The notes: a model not told the origin generated them from the letters alone. A stretch of 64,000 nt of DNA from Auanema rhodensis (GCA_964057225.1 OZ059895.1:16182001-16246000), one strand, 5' to 3'. Counted from the first letter of the stretch, positions 12,539-25,626 are shown. Program-made: numbers and translations.

Positions 12539-14088
12539 ATGGAACGTATAATCAGATATGGAAATATCCTCAATGACCCTCTGTATAACTGCAGGTTAGT
12601 TAGCTTAAGCTTATACATCAGAAGTACTATGTGTTTCCTTTTTCTTCTTCTGAAAAATCTGATTTGATTTCTTCAATACATGAAGCTTGATGTTTAAGTG
12701 CCCGAACTCCTGAGCTACATGCTAAAGCTTTCACTGAGTCTTATCCAATATTTGGGCTGTGTTCTATTATTTATGGTCTAACAAGCGAGGTAAATTGGAT
12801 ATGATCATCTTCATCCTACCTAGTTTTATCTAGATTTTATTCATTCTCTGCATAAAGGTTATGCTGGAACCTTCCAACTTTGTCTATTCAGCTTATAAGC
12901 TGATGGTTGCTCTCTCAATCTGTGATATGGGTGGTCTTTTCTACAACAGTATATTATTCGGTAATTATTCATTTTCAAGTTTTTAAGTTTCACAAAGGCT
13001 TTGCAAGGTTTTCTTTACTTTTATGGTGTATCTTTCTGTGATGCTCCTAATCTTGTGTTCATCAGTGGATCAGTGAATGGAAGTAACTTTTTCAGTTATA
13101 CACCTCAGTCTTATTGTGCTTTTCCAGGTTTTTGGGTAACAGGCTCACTTCTATCTTCAATTCTAATCCTTAATCGATTAGTTGAGTTGAATAGTACTCA
13201 GTAAGGATTCATTCTTATAAGCTTTGTCTGATATAATCAGAAACATCTTCCAGAAATACGTTGTTAATGAAAGTTTTTAATGGAAAATATACGCCTTGCA
13301 TAATGCTGTTCCCCTTATTCTGTGGTCTGTACTATGTGATGTTCGAGCCACCAGCGATACTTAACCCAAAGATGGGTTTAGCTTATTATGAGCCTCTGAT
13401 ATATGAGAATCCTTCATCTGAGGTCAGTCAGCTTACTCTTTGTCTTTCATTCATATATTAAATACTTATTCAGTATATAAGCACAGTACTTAAATTCAAT
13501 AACACTGTTATTGTATCATTCAACAGCTTATCCAGCGTTTTTCTATGTTTTAATATATATAAATGCTTGAGAGAAAACTTTGGATCTGTCCTAGATCGAC
13601 GACGTCAAGCTACTGTAAGTCGCTATGAAGTCACATCAACAACTATAATCTTAATTATTTCAGCTTTTCTTCCAATGTTTAACTATAGTCAGTCTATGTA
13701 ACATAACAGCATTAACATATGATTTCATATTTTCCTTTGATTCTCCGCCTCTTATGAAACGGTTAGCTGGGTGGTTATATCAATTATGCACAGGTAGCAC
13801 ATATCAGCACAATCTATAAAACTGTTAATATGCCTTTGCTCAGGTTTTCCTCCATACATATATATTTGTCTGAACAAATCAATTCGCCAGGGAATCAAAC
13901 GAATTGTTTATAAATATAAACGTACCATCTTCACTTCAAGTAGTAACTTCTTATGACTTTTAAATCTTTATTTGAATTTCATCTTTTAAGGTTATGCATC
14001 CGTGCTATCAAGTCGACCTTCGAAAGTTAATTCAAGCACACCGAAACTGATGCCCAGTCAAATCGTAGCACCATATTCTTACATGTAA
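12539..14088 (+). CDS. Serpentine 7TM chemoreceptor, Srt family (srt copy 1)
   Basis: MERIIRYGNILNDPLYNCS N-terminus typical of Srt; YKLMVALSICD, FCDAPNLVFISG, ILNRLVEL, PPYIYICLNKSIRQG; last exon inferred. Confidence 0.85.
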
Positions 14089-14622
14089 CCAATCCAAAAA
14101 AAATTTGAATATAATCATTAAAAATGAAAAATAGTTCACGCGTATCACGTGTGTCACGTGTTTCACGTAACACGTGTACACACGTATGCGACGGAAACAT
14201 TCCTTATATTCAAATATTTGAACATGAAGAAAAAGAAAAAAATGCAATATTGATACAGATTAATTAAATATTATTTTATTAAAAATGTATTTTTTTGACA
14301 AATGAAATGTAGTACAAGGTGATGCTTCTGCATTTACTACTTAGAACTGAAAATCTTTTTTTTTTCGTAAAAGTACAAACAATAATTTTTTTTTGTTTTG
14401 TTTTGTTTCTGTTTTTGTTTATTTTTGAATAAATTTTTTTCACTTCGCTTTTTCAAGTTTAAACATTTTATTGTTAACGACAGTACAGAAGCAATATATA
14501 AAGCTTTTTAAGATTTTTCAAACAGTCAAAATATTTTTTGTATTTAAAATTGATTATTTTTGTTTAATTAAGTTTAACTTATCGATTATTATGCTACAAT
14601 TACACAGAACTCTGATATAACA

Positions 14623-15893
14623 TCAAGAAACATGTGTAGCTGAATTTCCATATTTTGTTGTCTCCTGTTAATGAATATGACTGCTTTTCATCTCAGTGGC
14701 ATTGATCTTAGACGGATGAATTGACCTTTCTCGTAAATATGTTTGAATACGTTTCAAGATTTTTAAAAATCTTAATTGTTCCTTGACGCACTGATCGATT
14801 AAGAATTAAATATATATAAGGGGGAAGACCTGAAGCAGATAAAGACATCTATTACATCTTCGAAATATATATGAATACCTGTACAGAGTTGATATAGGAA
14901 TCCAGCACTTTTCATAAAGATTGGTGGACATTGGAAGAAAAATATGATAAGATATTGCAAAGCTGCTATATTGCATAGACTTACTATAGCTAAACATTGG
15001 AAACAAAGCTGAAATTAGTTAAATACAGTACAGTAAGATTACGGATATAAGAGGTACCGTAGCTTGACGACGTCGATGTATAACTGAGCCAAACCTATCT
15101 CGTAATCGTTTAGTTAGATTGAAGCAAAGAAAAATGCTTAAAATGCTGTTAAATGTAACAACAATAGTATTATTAAACACGAGTAGAGGACTAATATACT
15201 GAAAATTAGTCAATAAAGTTTATTATTATACGATAAAGCACGAACGTGAGCGGTTGCATTTTCATAAATTAGTGGATCCCAAACAGCTAATCCAATTTTG
15301 GCATTCAACAACATGGATGGCTCAAAGAAAAAATAGTACAGACCACAGAATAAGGGGAAAAGCATTATGCAAGGCGTATATTTTCCATTAAAAACTTTCA
15401 TTAACAACGTATTTCTGGAAGATGTTTCTGATTATCTCAGACAAAGCTGATACGAATAAATCCTTACTGAGTACTATTCAACTCAACTAATCGATTAAGG
15501 ATTAGAATTGAAGATAGAAGTGAGCCTGTTACCCAAAAACCTGGAAAATTAATGTTTTGAAGCGTATAATGAGAAACATGTTAAAGCATATATTTATTAT
15601 AAAACTTTTTAACCTACATGCTCCTAGTGATCCATTAATGTAAATACTATTTGGAGCATCACAAAAGGTCGTACCGTAATAGTAAATAATTCCTTAAAAT
15701 CCAATTCGTGAAACTTTGATAAAGTTAAAAAGTGAAACATACCGAATACAAGACCGTTACACACTGTTTCAATCATATCACAAATAGACATCACAATCAT
15801 TATTTTATATGCCGGATATATGAAGATTGTTTGTTCAAACATTACTTTTACGCAAAAAATGAAAATTATCTGCAAATAGTAGTGTCTCCTAAC

Positions 15894-15941
<48 letters not shown>

Positions 15942-16147
15942 GTTAGTATAGCTTACCTCAGTTATAAAAGAAAGAGAAGCACATAATGCTCCATATATTG
16001 GATCAGGCTCAGTGATCGCATACTTTACAAGTTCCGGAGTTCGAGCACTTAAAAAAGGAAAAGTTTTTGAATCATAAAGATATGACTAAACCTGCAATTA
16101 TATAATGGATCATCAACTATATTGCCATATCTGATTAATCGTTGCAT
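14623..16147 (-). CDS. Srt-family chemoreceptor (srt copy 2)
   Basis: MQRLIRYGNIVDDPLYNCS, YKIMIVMSICD, FCDAPNSIYING, PPYIYLILNRSVRQG; exons checked splice in frame; stop is at 14708 if the last intron is not used. Confidence 0.83.
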
Positions 16148-17169
16148 TTCGTTTTTTCAACTTAAATTCAAATGAAAACCAAAAAAAAAAAGAAAGAAAA
16201 GAAAATTTCTTCAAAGCATTTTGAGAGCAAAACAATGAAAATGAAATCAAAATCAAAGAATAAGGAATGAGCAGCTACCCGAAGTAATATGAATGAATAT
16301 AATAGTGTTAACATGGGCTTTGAGTACGAACAAGCGCCTCATGAGCATAATTAAGATATAGAAACATATGATATAAGAATATTTAAGTTAAAAGTAGAAT
16401 TAATTTACTATTAAAATATAATTATAGATATTTATAATTAAATAATTGCAACAACAACATATCACACATGTTGACACTGGTAAGAGCTATTCAATGACGA
16501 TGTTGGTGGATTACTTTGATAGATGAAAGGCAGAAGCTGGTTTGTTGGAAGAGCAGCAACAACTGTACATGTATTTCCATGATTAATAAGCCTATTGAGT
16601 TTGTTGTTTAGACAAATGTTTCGCCTCATTATATTGTTATAATAAAATATTTTTGATTATATAAGAAAAACATTCGTTATAGTTATGATTTTTTATTATT
16701 TAATTATAAATTTCTTTTATTTTATTAATAAAAATACTTCCATTTTTAGTTTTCATGTATATTTCATTTAAGTTTGTGATTTATCAGCATCGTGATCAGT
16801 AAAGATGCAGCATTAGCCTAAGATACTGGAGCTATAAGTAGACGTCGTTGATCTGCCTCAACTTAAGTATTTCTTCGAAACAATTAGTTCAAATACCGAT
16901 GAAACAAAGTGTACAAGAAAGAAATCCAATTTAAAAGTATTCTGTTCTTCAAAATCACAATACGTCTACGTATACTGAGCATATTTTGCTAGGCGTATTG
17001 CTCAAAGATTAAAAATTTTGAAAATACATCGAACTTTTATAGATAATAATGCAATTTTAAGTTTTCGTCCAATTACAATATCATTAGAGATGAAGCTTAT
17101 ACGAGTGCTGAAGATAGAGCTTCATGGTTTGCATTGATTGAACTTTTGATTTGATCTTTCCGGATTTTA

Positions 17170-18209
17170 ATATTCGAGAGTTGACTTGCTAGCATGACTT
17201 TGGAAGCTTGACTCTGCAAGCTTGACAAGATTTTCGAAGACTATCTGTAATTTATGTAAGTTTATTGAACGAGTGGAATGTACTAGGAGTATATTTATAG
17301 ATGACAAATGTAAAAATAACATGAAAAACCTAAAGAGATATCAAGGGAATTGAAGTAAAACAGGTGATATATAGTCTGGTATAGTGCTCACAGCAATTCT
17401 TCTCATAAGAAGTAGAGAATTAAAGGAAAATATGAAATCATATGTTAATGCTGTTATGACTTCATAGCGACTTACAGTAGCTTGACGTCGTAGGTCAAAC
17501 ACTGAGCTGCAACTTTCACGTACACTTCTATATATGTATCCAAGAATACTTGAGCTGTTATATTTTCATATATAAGATTATCCCAAATGATTAATCGACT
17601 ATTGAGATCAAGAAAGTGTGAGTAATTCAAAAAATAAAGGTTTTCGTATGATTATGTTCTGATGTTGTGGTATTTGCCATTCAGAATTTTCATCAACCAC
17701 TTATTACGTTGGTTTATAATTCTTTGAAGAATTTGGTAGATGCCAAACAGGATAATGCTGTGCTACAAGATTACTGATTCTGCTTCAATTTAAACAACCT
17801 TCTTGCTATCCAAATTAATTTAGTAAGAAAGTGACATCTGATGATTTGAGAAGCATAATCATACACTTCAAGAGAGACTTTCATAACTCTTACTTCCACT
17901 CAAGTAGTCCAATGGTTTAGGTAGTATCAGAAGCAGAATAGTACCAGCCTAATAGACAAAACCTTAAATGCTTAGAACTGAACGAAACAACCATCCATCA
18001 AGGCTTGTTCATATCAAATACCCAGCAAATACAAATTACCCCGTTCATATCAAAGAGAAGTAAAAGGTTTTTCTTGCTTTTTCAAGACTTCAAGCATTGT
18101 ACAAAAGGTTAAATGGTTGAAGCATCATGAAAATGCCTAATAGTTGTCACTACCTGCAGTTGTACATCAGATCATTCACTATGCTTTCATATCGCATAAC
18201 GCGCTCCAT
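17170..18209 (-). pseudogene. Srt-family pseudogene with deletions
   Basis: Exon 1 MERVMRYESIVNDLMYNCS at 18154-18209; RRQAT exon remnant at ~17420-17535 with a deletion removing a splice acceptor; middle exons not recoverable; left boundary approximate. Confidence 0.72.
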
Positions 18210-19731
18210 TGCGAGCTTTTTGAAAATTGTGCTCCGTTAGCTTCCACGATTTGTAACATTTTAAGTTATTTATAGCAAAGAGTTGCAAAGATCAAAAAAA
18301 TAAAAACTAATAGAATATACTATGAAAATTATTTTAAATAAGATTAAAATAATAAAATAGTGATATCAGTCAACATATAGTAGAATTCCAATGGGTTTAT
18401 GAAACTAAGAAAAATTCTGATATATAGATGAAGTGCTCATATCTACACATAAGCTTTATATTTTTTCAATGAAGAATAATTTGGTGATATTGATAACATT
18501 GGTGTTATTGATCATTAAATTCAAGTTTACAAGCATGTTTTATCATAATTAATGCTTGTTATATCTTTAACTTGATCATTAGAATATCATGAAAATAGGA
18601 TGAACTTTTCAACAAGCCTCAATAATAAGTTGAAGAAGTATGCATAGTTTGGGAGGTCACATCAAATTTCAGAAATAATTCTGATTAATTCATTCTATTT
18701 ATAATTAATTAATAAAGAAATTCTTGAAAATAATGTTTTCACGCCAGGCTTCTGACGAAATATTACATATATATTACATACTTTGTATTAGTATTCTTAA
18801 ACCAATTGTACCTTTTTTTCAATGGAATAAAAAATAATAATAGAATAAGCATGTGCAACAAAATATCAAAGTATCAGTGTTATATATACTCAAACATCAG
18901 TGTTATATATACTCAAAGTTGAAGAATGGATGGCTTTGCAAGCTACAGCTGATTTCGCCTAACTTATTCAACGAGTACTTCGTGTTTTGCACATACATAC
19001 ATATTTCTTATATGATTGTTCATATAAAATATAAATATTTAGTGGTACTAACTTAGAAAAACGATTTTTATTTCATTAGTTCGAACTTCGTTTGTATTAT
19101 AATATCATTGCATTCAACATTTTAAGAATTTTTTATCATATTATTATTATTATTATGAAGGAAGTTGGTTTGTACTTTTAAGTTCGATTTCTATAATCAA
19201 AAATTTCTCTTTAACACACGTAAAATAATAATTATAATTAATATAAGTAATATTAACAGCTTTTAAAATTATATAAGTAGTGCTTAAAAGCACATTTTCA
19301 TTAAAACGTCTTGACTCTTCTTTTGCTTTCAAGTTGTATAATGAATATTATAATTGAATAATAATGCTAATAATATTTATTATAATATATATAGAAACTT
19401 ATAATGAAAATGTATAATATAAAACTAAATTTTATACTTATGATTCTAATTATATTGTGTAGTTTATCAACTAATTGCTATTAAAGATGTGCATTTGAAT
19501 ATAATATATGGAAATACGTAATAGTAATAAACGTGATAATTAAGAAAATCACCTAGACTTGTTGTAGTTGTGATAACATTTCTTTCAACCTTTGGAAGAC
19601 AAAATCATGAATTCCTATTTATACATATAATATATTTCAAATAATATATTAAAAAATATTTGTAAACGTCAAACTATTCTTATAATTGCTATGACGATGT
19701 GAATAAGCTTAGATGACAGTCAGAATGATCT

Positions 19732-21329
19732 TCAGGCCACTGGTGTAACATTATCACTTGGTACAATAGTACTTAATTTTGATGTAACTTTAAGACTTTT
19801 GGGTTGGAGATTTGGAGTATTTGTTACCGTTTTTGAATCTTAATAGCAATATTGGAATGCATACATATTGGTTCACAAATTTTACTAAATATAGAAGGTT
19901 TATACTTATATGCCATCTTGAAAACTCCTTGACGAATAGATCGATTCAGACATATGTAGATATATGGTGGTAAACCTGAAAGCAGGTTGTAAAATGCTTG
20001 TAAGAAGTAAGAAGCGCATTACTTGTACAGATTTGATGTGATATGCCAGCCATTCTTCTCAAAAATGGTGGACAATCAAAGATAAAAGTGCAATCATATA
20101 GTATAGATCCTATATTACTTAACGTAACCAAAGTTAAGCATTGAACAAAAAGCTGAAAAGATGGCAAAGATGATGATGGCTAATGGTGATTGATGGCATC
20201 ATGCATCACAATGTACCGTAGCTTGACGTCGCCTATCCATAGCTGAACCAAAGTTTTCGCTTAAGCTTTTGGATATGTTAAAGCATAAAACAACGCTCAA
20301 TAACAGATTCAATGATACAACAACAGTATTATTGATTATAAGTACGAGCATGAAGTACTGAAATGAATGAGATTAATGTTAATGAAAAGTGATGTCGACT
20401 TGTAGTGAAGCATTTTCATAAATTAACGGATCCCACATGGCTGAACCACTTTTTGGATCATATGCTAATCCAGGTTCATGAATCAAGCTGTATATTCCAA
20501 CAGATATTGGAAAAAGCATAGTAAGTGAAGTATAATTACCATTAAAGATATGAACTAAATACTTGTTTCTAAAGTTTCATAATGATTAATTCATAAAAGT
20601 TGAAGATCAGAAAGATTAAAGAAGAAAAAACAAGATGGGGAAGAGAACTAAAGAGTTCTTACTTAGCAGAATTGATTTCCACCAAACGGTTTATGATAAG
20701 AAGCGTAGATAGAAGTGAACCTGTTATCCAGACACCTGAAGGATGAAGCTTAGATTGATTAAGTAGAAAGGAATAGCATTACTTGAGCCAATTGATCCGG
20801 TTATGTATACAAAGTTAGGAGCATCGCAGAAAGTTAAACCATAATAATGAGAAATTCCTTCAAAAGTTAGAAGACAAATGACAAAATTGAATAGAAAATA
20901 CCATAGACAAAACCATTATAAGCAGTTCCACACATATCACATATGGATAATACAACCATAATCTTGTAGGCTGGATAGACAAAGTTGGAAGGTTCTAGCA
21001 TAACTTTCACACAGAGAATGAACAGAATCTATAATTTAAACGATTAGTTTTAATGACAACGAACAAGATGAATTTCAGAAGTACTTCATTGATAACACCC
21101 AGAGTGAAGCATGCAATACCATATCCTGGCTCAGGCTCAGTATAAACTTTTGCCGTTATTTCCGGAGAACGAGCACTTAAACATAACTTCTTATCAAGTA
21201 ATTAATAAGAAACAGTTGAGCAAATAGATTCAGAAAAGTTGGTAAAGATAGAAAAAAAGATAAATGGCCAAACCTGCAATTGTAAAGCGGATCATTAGTG
21301 ATAGTTCCATACTTCATTAGGCGTTGCAT
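19732..21329 (-). CDS. Srt-family chemoreceptor (srt copy 3)
   Basis: MQRLMKYGTITNDPLYNCS, VMLEPSNFVYPAYKIMVVLSICD, FCDAPNFVYITGS, PPYIYICLNRSIRQG; last exon inferred. Confidence 0.85.
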
Positions 21330-22265
21330 TCCCTAAAATTATTTTTGAAATATAAACAAAATACTTAAAATTTGAAAAGAAAATATTATGAAAATATATT
21401 TGAACTATAAAATATTTCAAATGGATGGGATATATGGGTGGGCAGCGAATACAAATACATGTCTCCTGGAATTGTGTGTAACAAGTGCAAATATGAAACA
21501 AAACTGAAGATTATGATATTCAAAAAAATATGGAAAATTCAGAAAATCAGATTGAATTTTTAGAAAACAGAGCTGAATTATACATAAAGATCATCGCAAC
21601 GCATATACAGATGTATTAACATCACACAGTGCTTCTTACCAGCTTAGATTTTGCTTCTTCAACGTTGTTGTGAATGAACAAAGACTAACATAGCAGATAT
21701 TACTGCTAATTTGAAATCTTAAAAAAGGTACTGAAATGTATTCGCACACCAATTGTGAATTTGGAAAAACGTACGTAAAACTTGACTTCAAATCGCTATA
21801 TATTCTATTTTCAGGACTAAATTGGTCATCTCATATAGTGAATGTATTCGAAATCACTTCTACAAACTCTTCTACATGATATATGCAAATTAGGTTTCAC
21901 GTAGGCTTATCATCCATATCTCTACCAGATCGTTGATCAACGACTCAATTTGTATTATAGTTATCATCAACTTACAGAATATATCTAACGTTGAGAACTA
22001 TTTGTTCTTATGCACACGTCACATAACATTTTATTTATACAAATATATTAATATAATATTGTCTATGACCTCATTCACGGATATTCATAACTATACTACC
22101 GAAAAGAAAAATTGTAGTATAGAAGTAAGTTTATAACATGAAGAACAACCGGTCAAGTGCTATTGTTATTCAAAAATGAAGTGTGCGTGTGGATGTACGT
22201 GGATCTCACGTGAAACTCTCTAGATATTCTAATGACGAAGCATGAAATTTATACTTCAGATTGTA

Positions 22266-22426
22266 AGGGACGCGCGAACGCATCCCCAAACGCAAAAATT
22301 TAGCTGTTGGCGAATCTCAACTCGAGATTGCCATACAGGTCAGCCCAATCGAAAAGTGCAATGATCAGGCCTCTTCGTAGAGAGCCCGCCTTGATGATCG
22401 CGGGCAGCTCCCAGCCAGGTAAGTTT
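22266..22426 (-). ncRNA. U1: U1 snRNA (array copy 1)
   Basis: Reverse complement of the U1 at 9820-9980. Confidence 0.95.
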
Positions 22427-22522
22427 AATGGTCAACTCAATGAGTCTAACAGGCCATACCTTGTTTGGTATCTCATATGGGTTTCACTTTCTTAAAATTC
22501 TTGAAAATTAAAGAAAAATATT

Positions 22523-22604
22523 CGATCAGGATGAGATTCGAACTCACGCGGGGAAACCCCAATGGATTAGCAGTCCATCGCCTTAACCACTCGGCCACCT
22601 GATC
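22523..22604 (-). tRNA. tRNA-Ser(GCT)
   Basis: Reverse complement of 10375-10456. Confidence 0.96.
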
Positions 22605-22684
22605 ACACAATGTACACTTTTGCTGATAATTTAGCCTCAGGGCATTACAGGGAAGAGAAAAAAATTGATATGGAGCAAAAGATT

Positions 22685-22756
22685 CTCCCCGGCCGGGAAT
22701 TGAACCCGGGTCTCGCATGTGACAGACGCGGATACTCACCACTATACTACCGAGGA
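22685..22756 (-). tRNA. tRNA-Asp(GTC)
   Basis: Reverse complement of 10223-10294. Confidence 0.96.
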
Positions 22757-22998
22757 CATGTAATCATTCTATTGTAGAATACGGAAGTTTTGAACCCAAT
22801 CTTCTCCTTGAGCTTCAATGATCACAATTTCCTGAAAAGAAAAATTGTAGTATAGAAGTAAGTTTATAACATGAAGAACAACCGGTCAAGTGCTATTATA
22901 ATTCAAAAATGGAGTGAGCATGTGGATGTACGTGGATCTCACGTGAAACTCTCAAGATATTCTAATCACCAAACATGAAATTTATACTTCAGATTGTA

Positions 22999-23159
22999 AG
23001 GGACGCGCGAACGCATCCCCAAACGCAAAAATTTAGCTGTTGGCGAATCTCAACTCGAGATTGCCATACAGGTCAGCCCAATCGAAAAGTGCAATGATCA
23101 GGCCTCTTCGTAGAGAGCCCGCCTTGATGATCGCGGGCAGCTCCCAGCCAGGTAAGTTT
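22999..23159 (-). ncRNA. U1: U1 snRNA (array copy 2)
   Basis: Full-length U1 copy. Confidence 0.95.
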
Positions 23160-23253
23160 AATGGTCAACTCAATGAGTCTAACAGGCCATACCTTGTTTG
23201 GTATCTCATATGGGTTTCACTTTATTCAATTTCTGAATCTTGAGGAAAACATT

Positions 23254-23335
23254 CGAAAAGGCGTAGATGGCAACTGAGATCAGGAAATCTCAGTGATATT
23301 GAAAAGCTTACCGTTCACTATTCAGCCACCTGATC
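23254..23335 (-). pseudogene. Degenerate tRNA-Ser-derived element
   Basis: 82 nt, colinear with tRNA-Ser at the same position in the unit; stems and B-box broken. Confidence 0.8.
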
Positions 23336-23579
23336 ACACAATGAACAGATTTATTCAGAATTAACCCTCAGGGCATTGTCACGTCTCCCTAAGCTTCAAT
23401 GATCACAATTTCCTGAAAAGAAAAATTGTAGTATAGAAGTAAGTTTATAACATGAAGAACAACCGGTCAAGTGCTATTATTATTCAAAAATGAAGTGAGC
23501 GTGTGGATGTACGTGGATCTCACGTGAAACTCTCTAGATATTCTAATGACGAAGCATGAAATTTATACTTCAGATTGTA

Positions 23580-23740
23580 AGGGACGCGCGAACGCATCCC
23601 CAAACGCAAAAATTTAGCTGTTGGCGAATCTCAACTCGAGATTGCCATACAGGTCAGCCCAATCGAAAAGTGCAATGATCAGGCCTCTTCGTAGAGAGCC
23701 CGCCTTGATGATCGCGGGCAGCTCCCAGCCAGGTAAGTTT
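23580..23740 (-). ncRNA. U1: U1 snRNA (array copy 3)
   Basis: Full-length U1 copy. Confidence 0.95.
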
Positions 23741-23836
23741 AATGGTCAACTCAATGAGTCTAACAGGCCATACCTTGTTTGGTATCTCATATGGGTTTCA
23801 CTTTCTTAAAATTCTTGAAAATTAAAGAAAAATATT

Positions 23837-23918
23837 CGATCAGGATGAGATTCGAACTCACGCGGGGAAACCCCAATGGATTAGCAGTCCATCGCCTTAA
23901 CCACTCGGCCACCTGATC
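23837..23918 (-). tRNA. tRNA-Ser(GCT)
   Basis: Intact copy. Confidence 0.96.
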
Positions 23919-23998
23919 ACACAATGTACACTTTTGCTGATAATTTAGCCTCAGGGCATTACAGGGAAGAGAAAAAAATTGATATGGAGCAAAAGATT

Positions 23999-24070
23999 CT
24001 CCCCGGCCGGGAATTGAACCCGGGTCTCGCATGTGACAGACGCGGATACTCACCACTATACTACCGAGGA
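23999..24070 (-). tRNA. tRNA-Asp(GTC)
   Basis: Intact copy. Confidence 0.96.
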
Positions 24071-24312
24071 CATGTAATCATTCTATTGTAGAATACGGAA
24101 GTTTTGAACCCAATCTTCTCCTTGAGCTTCAATGATCACAATTTCCTGAAAAGAAAAATTGTAGTATAGAAGTAAGTTTATAACATGAAGAACAACCGGT
24201 CAAGTGCTATTATAATTCAAAAATGGAGTGAGCATGTGGATGTACGTGGATCTCACGTGAAACTCTCAAGATATTCTAATCACCAAACATGAAATTTATA
24301 CTTCAGATTGTA

Positions 24313-24473
24313 AGGGACGCGCGAACGCATCCCCAAACGCAAAAATTTAGCTGTTGGCGAATCTCAACTCGAGATTGCCATACAGGTCAGCCCAATCGAA
24401 AAGTGCAATGATCAGGCCTCTTCGTAGAGAGCCCGCCTTGATGATCGCGGGCAGCTCCCAGCCAGGTAAGTTT
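24313..24473 (-). ncRNA. U1: U1 snRNA (array copy 4)
   Basis: Full-length U1 copy. Confidence 0.95.
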
Positions 24474-24567
24474 AATGGTCAACTCAATGAGTCTAACAGG
24501 CCATACCTTGTTTGGTATCTCATATGGGTTTCACTTTATTCAATTTCTGAATCTTGAGGAAAACATT

Positions 24568-24649
24568 CGAAAAGGCGTAGATGGCAACTGAGATCAGGAA
24601 ATCTCAGTGATATTGAAAAGCTTCCCGTTCACTATTCAGCCACCTGATC
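24568..24649 (-). pseudogene. Degenerate tRNA-Ser-derived element
   Basis: As 23254-23335. Confidence 0.8.
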
Positions 24650-24893
24650 ACACAATGAACAGATTTATTCAGAATTAACCCTCAGGGCATTGTCACGTCT
24701 CCCTAAGCTTCAATGATCACAATTTCCTGAAAAGAAAAATTGTAGTATAGAAGTAAGTTTATAACATGAAGAACAACCGGTCAAGTGCTATTATAATTCA
24801 AAAATGGAGTGAGCATGTGGATGTACGTGGATCTCACGTGAAACTCTCAAGATATTCTAATCACCAAACATGAAATTTATACTCGAGATTGTA

Positions 24894-25054
24894 AGGGACG
24901 CGCGAACGCATCCCCAAACGCAAAAATTTAGCTGTTGGCGAATCTCAACTCGAGATTGCCATACAGGTCAGCCCAATCGAAAAGTGCAATGATCAGGCCT
25001 CTTCGTAGAGAGCCCGCCTTGATGATCGCGGGCAGCTCCCAGCCAGGTAAGTTT
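24894..25054 (-). ncRNA. U1: U1 snRNA (array copy 5)
   Basis: Full-length U1 copy. Confidence 0.95.
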
Positions 25055-25150
25055 AATGGTCAACTCAATGAGTCTAACAGGCCATACCTTGTTTGGTATC
25101 TCATATGGGTTTCACTTTCTTAAAATTCTTGAAAATTAAAGAAAAATATT

Positions 25151-25232
25151 CGATCAGGATGAGATTCGAACTCACGCGGGGAAACCCCAATGGATTAGCA
25201 GTCCATCGCCTTAACCACTCGGCCACCTGATC
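25151..25232 (-). tRNA. tRNA-Ser(GCT)
   Basis: Intact copy. Confidence 0.96.
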
Positions 25233-25312
25233 ACACAATGTACACTTTTGCTGATAATTTAGCCTCAGGGCATTACAGGGAAGAGAAAATAATTGATATG
25301 GAGCAAAAGATT

Positions 25313-25384
25313 CTCCCCGGCCGGGAATTGAACCCGGGTCTCGCATGTGACAGACGCGGATACTCACCACTATACTACCGAGGA
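25313..25384 (-). tRNA. tRNA-Asp(GTC)
   Basis: Intact copy. Confidence 0.96.
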
Positions 25385-25626
25385 CATGTAATCATTCTAT
25401 TGTAGAATACGGAAGTTTTGAACCCAATCTTCTCCTTGAGCTTCAATGTTCACAATTTCCTGAAAAGAAAAATTGTAGTATAGAAGTAAGTTTATAACAT
25501 GAAGAACAACCGGTCAAGTGCTATTATAATTCAAAAATGGAGTGAGCATGTGGATGTACGTGGATCTCACGTGAAACTCTCAAGATATTCTAATCACCAA
25601 ACATGAAATTTATACTTCAGATTGTA

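Noticed and set aside
22635-22645. lin-4/miR-125 seed-like CCCTGAG upstream of each tRNA-Ser
   Set aside because: The match stops at the seed and there is no precursor hairpin
23254-23335. Functional UGA-suppressor or selenocysteine tRNA
   Set aside because: TCA is at the anticodon position, but the anticodon and acceptor stems and T-loop are broken and there is an internal TTTT; several gene models here end in TGA
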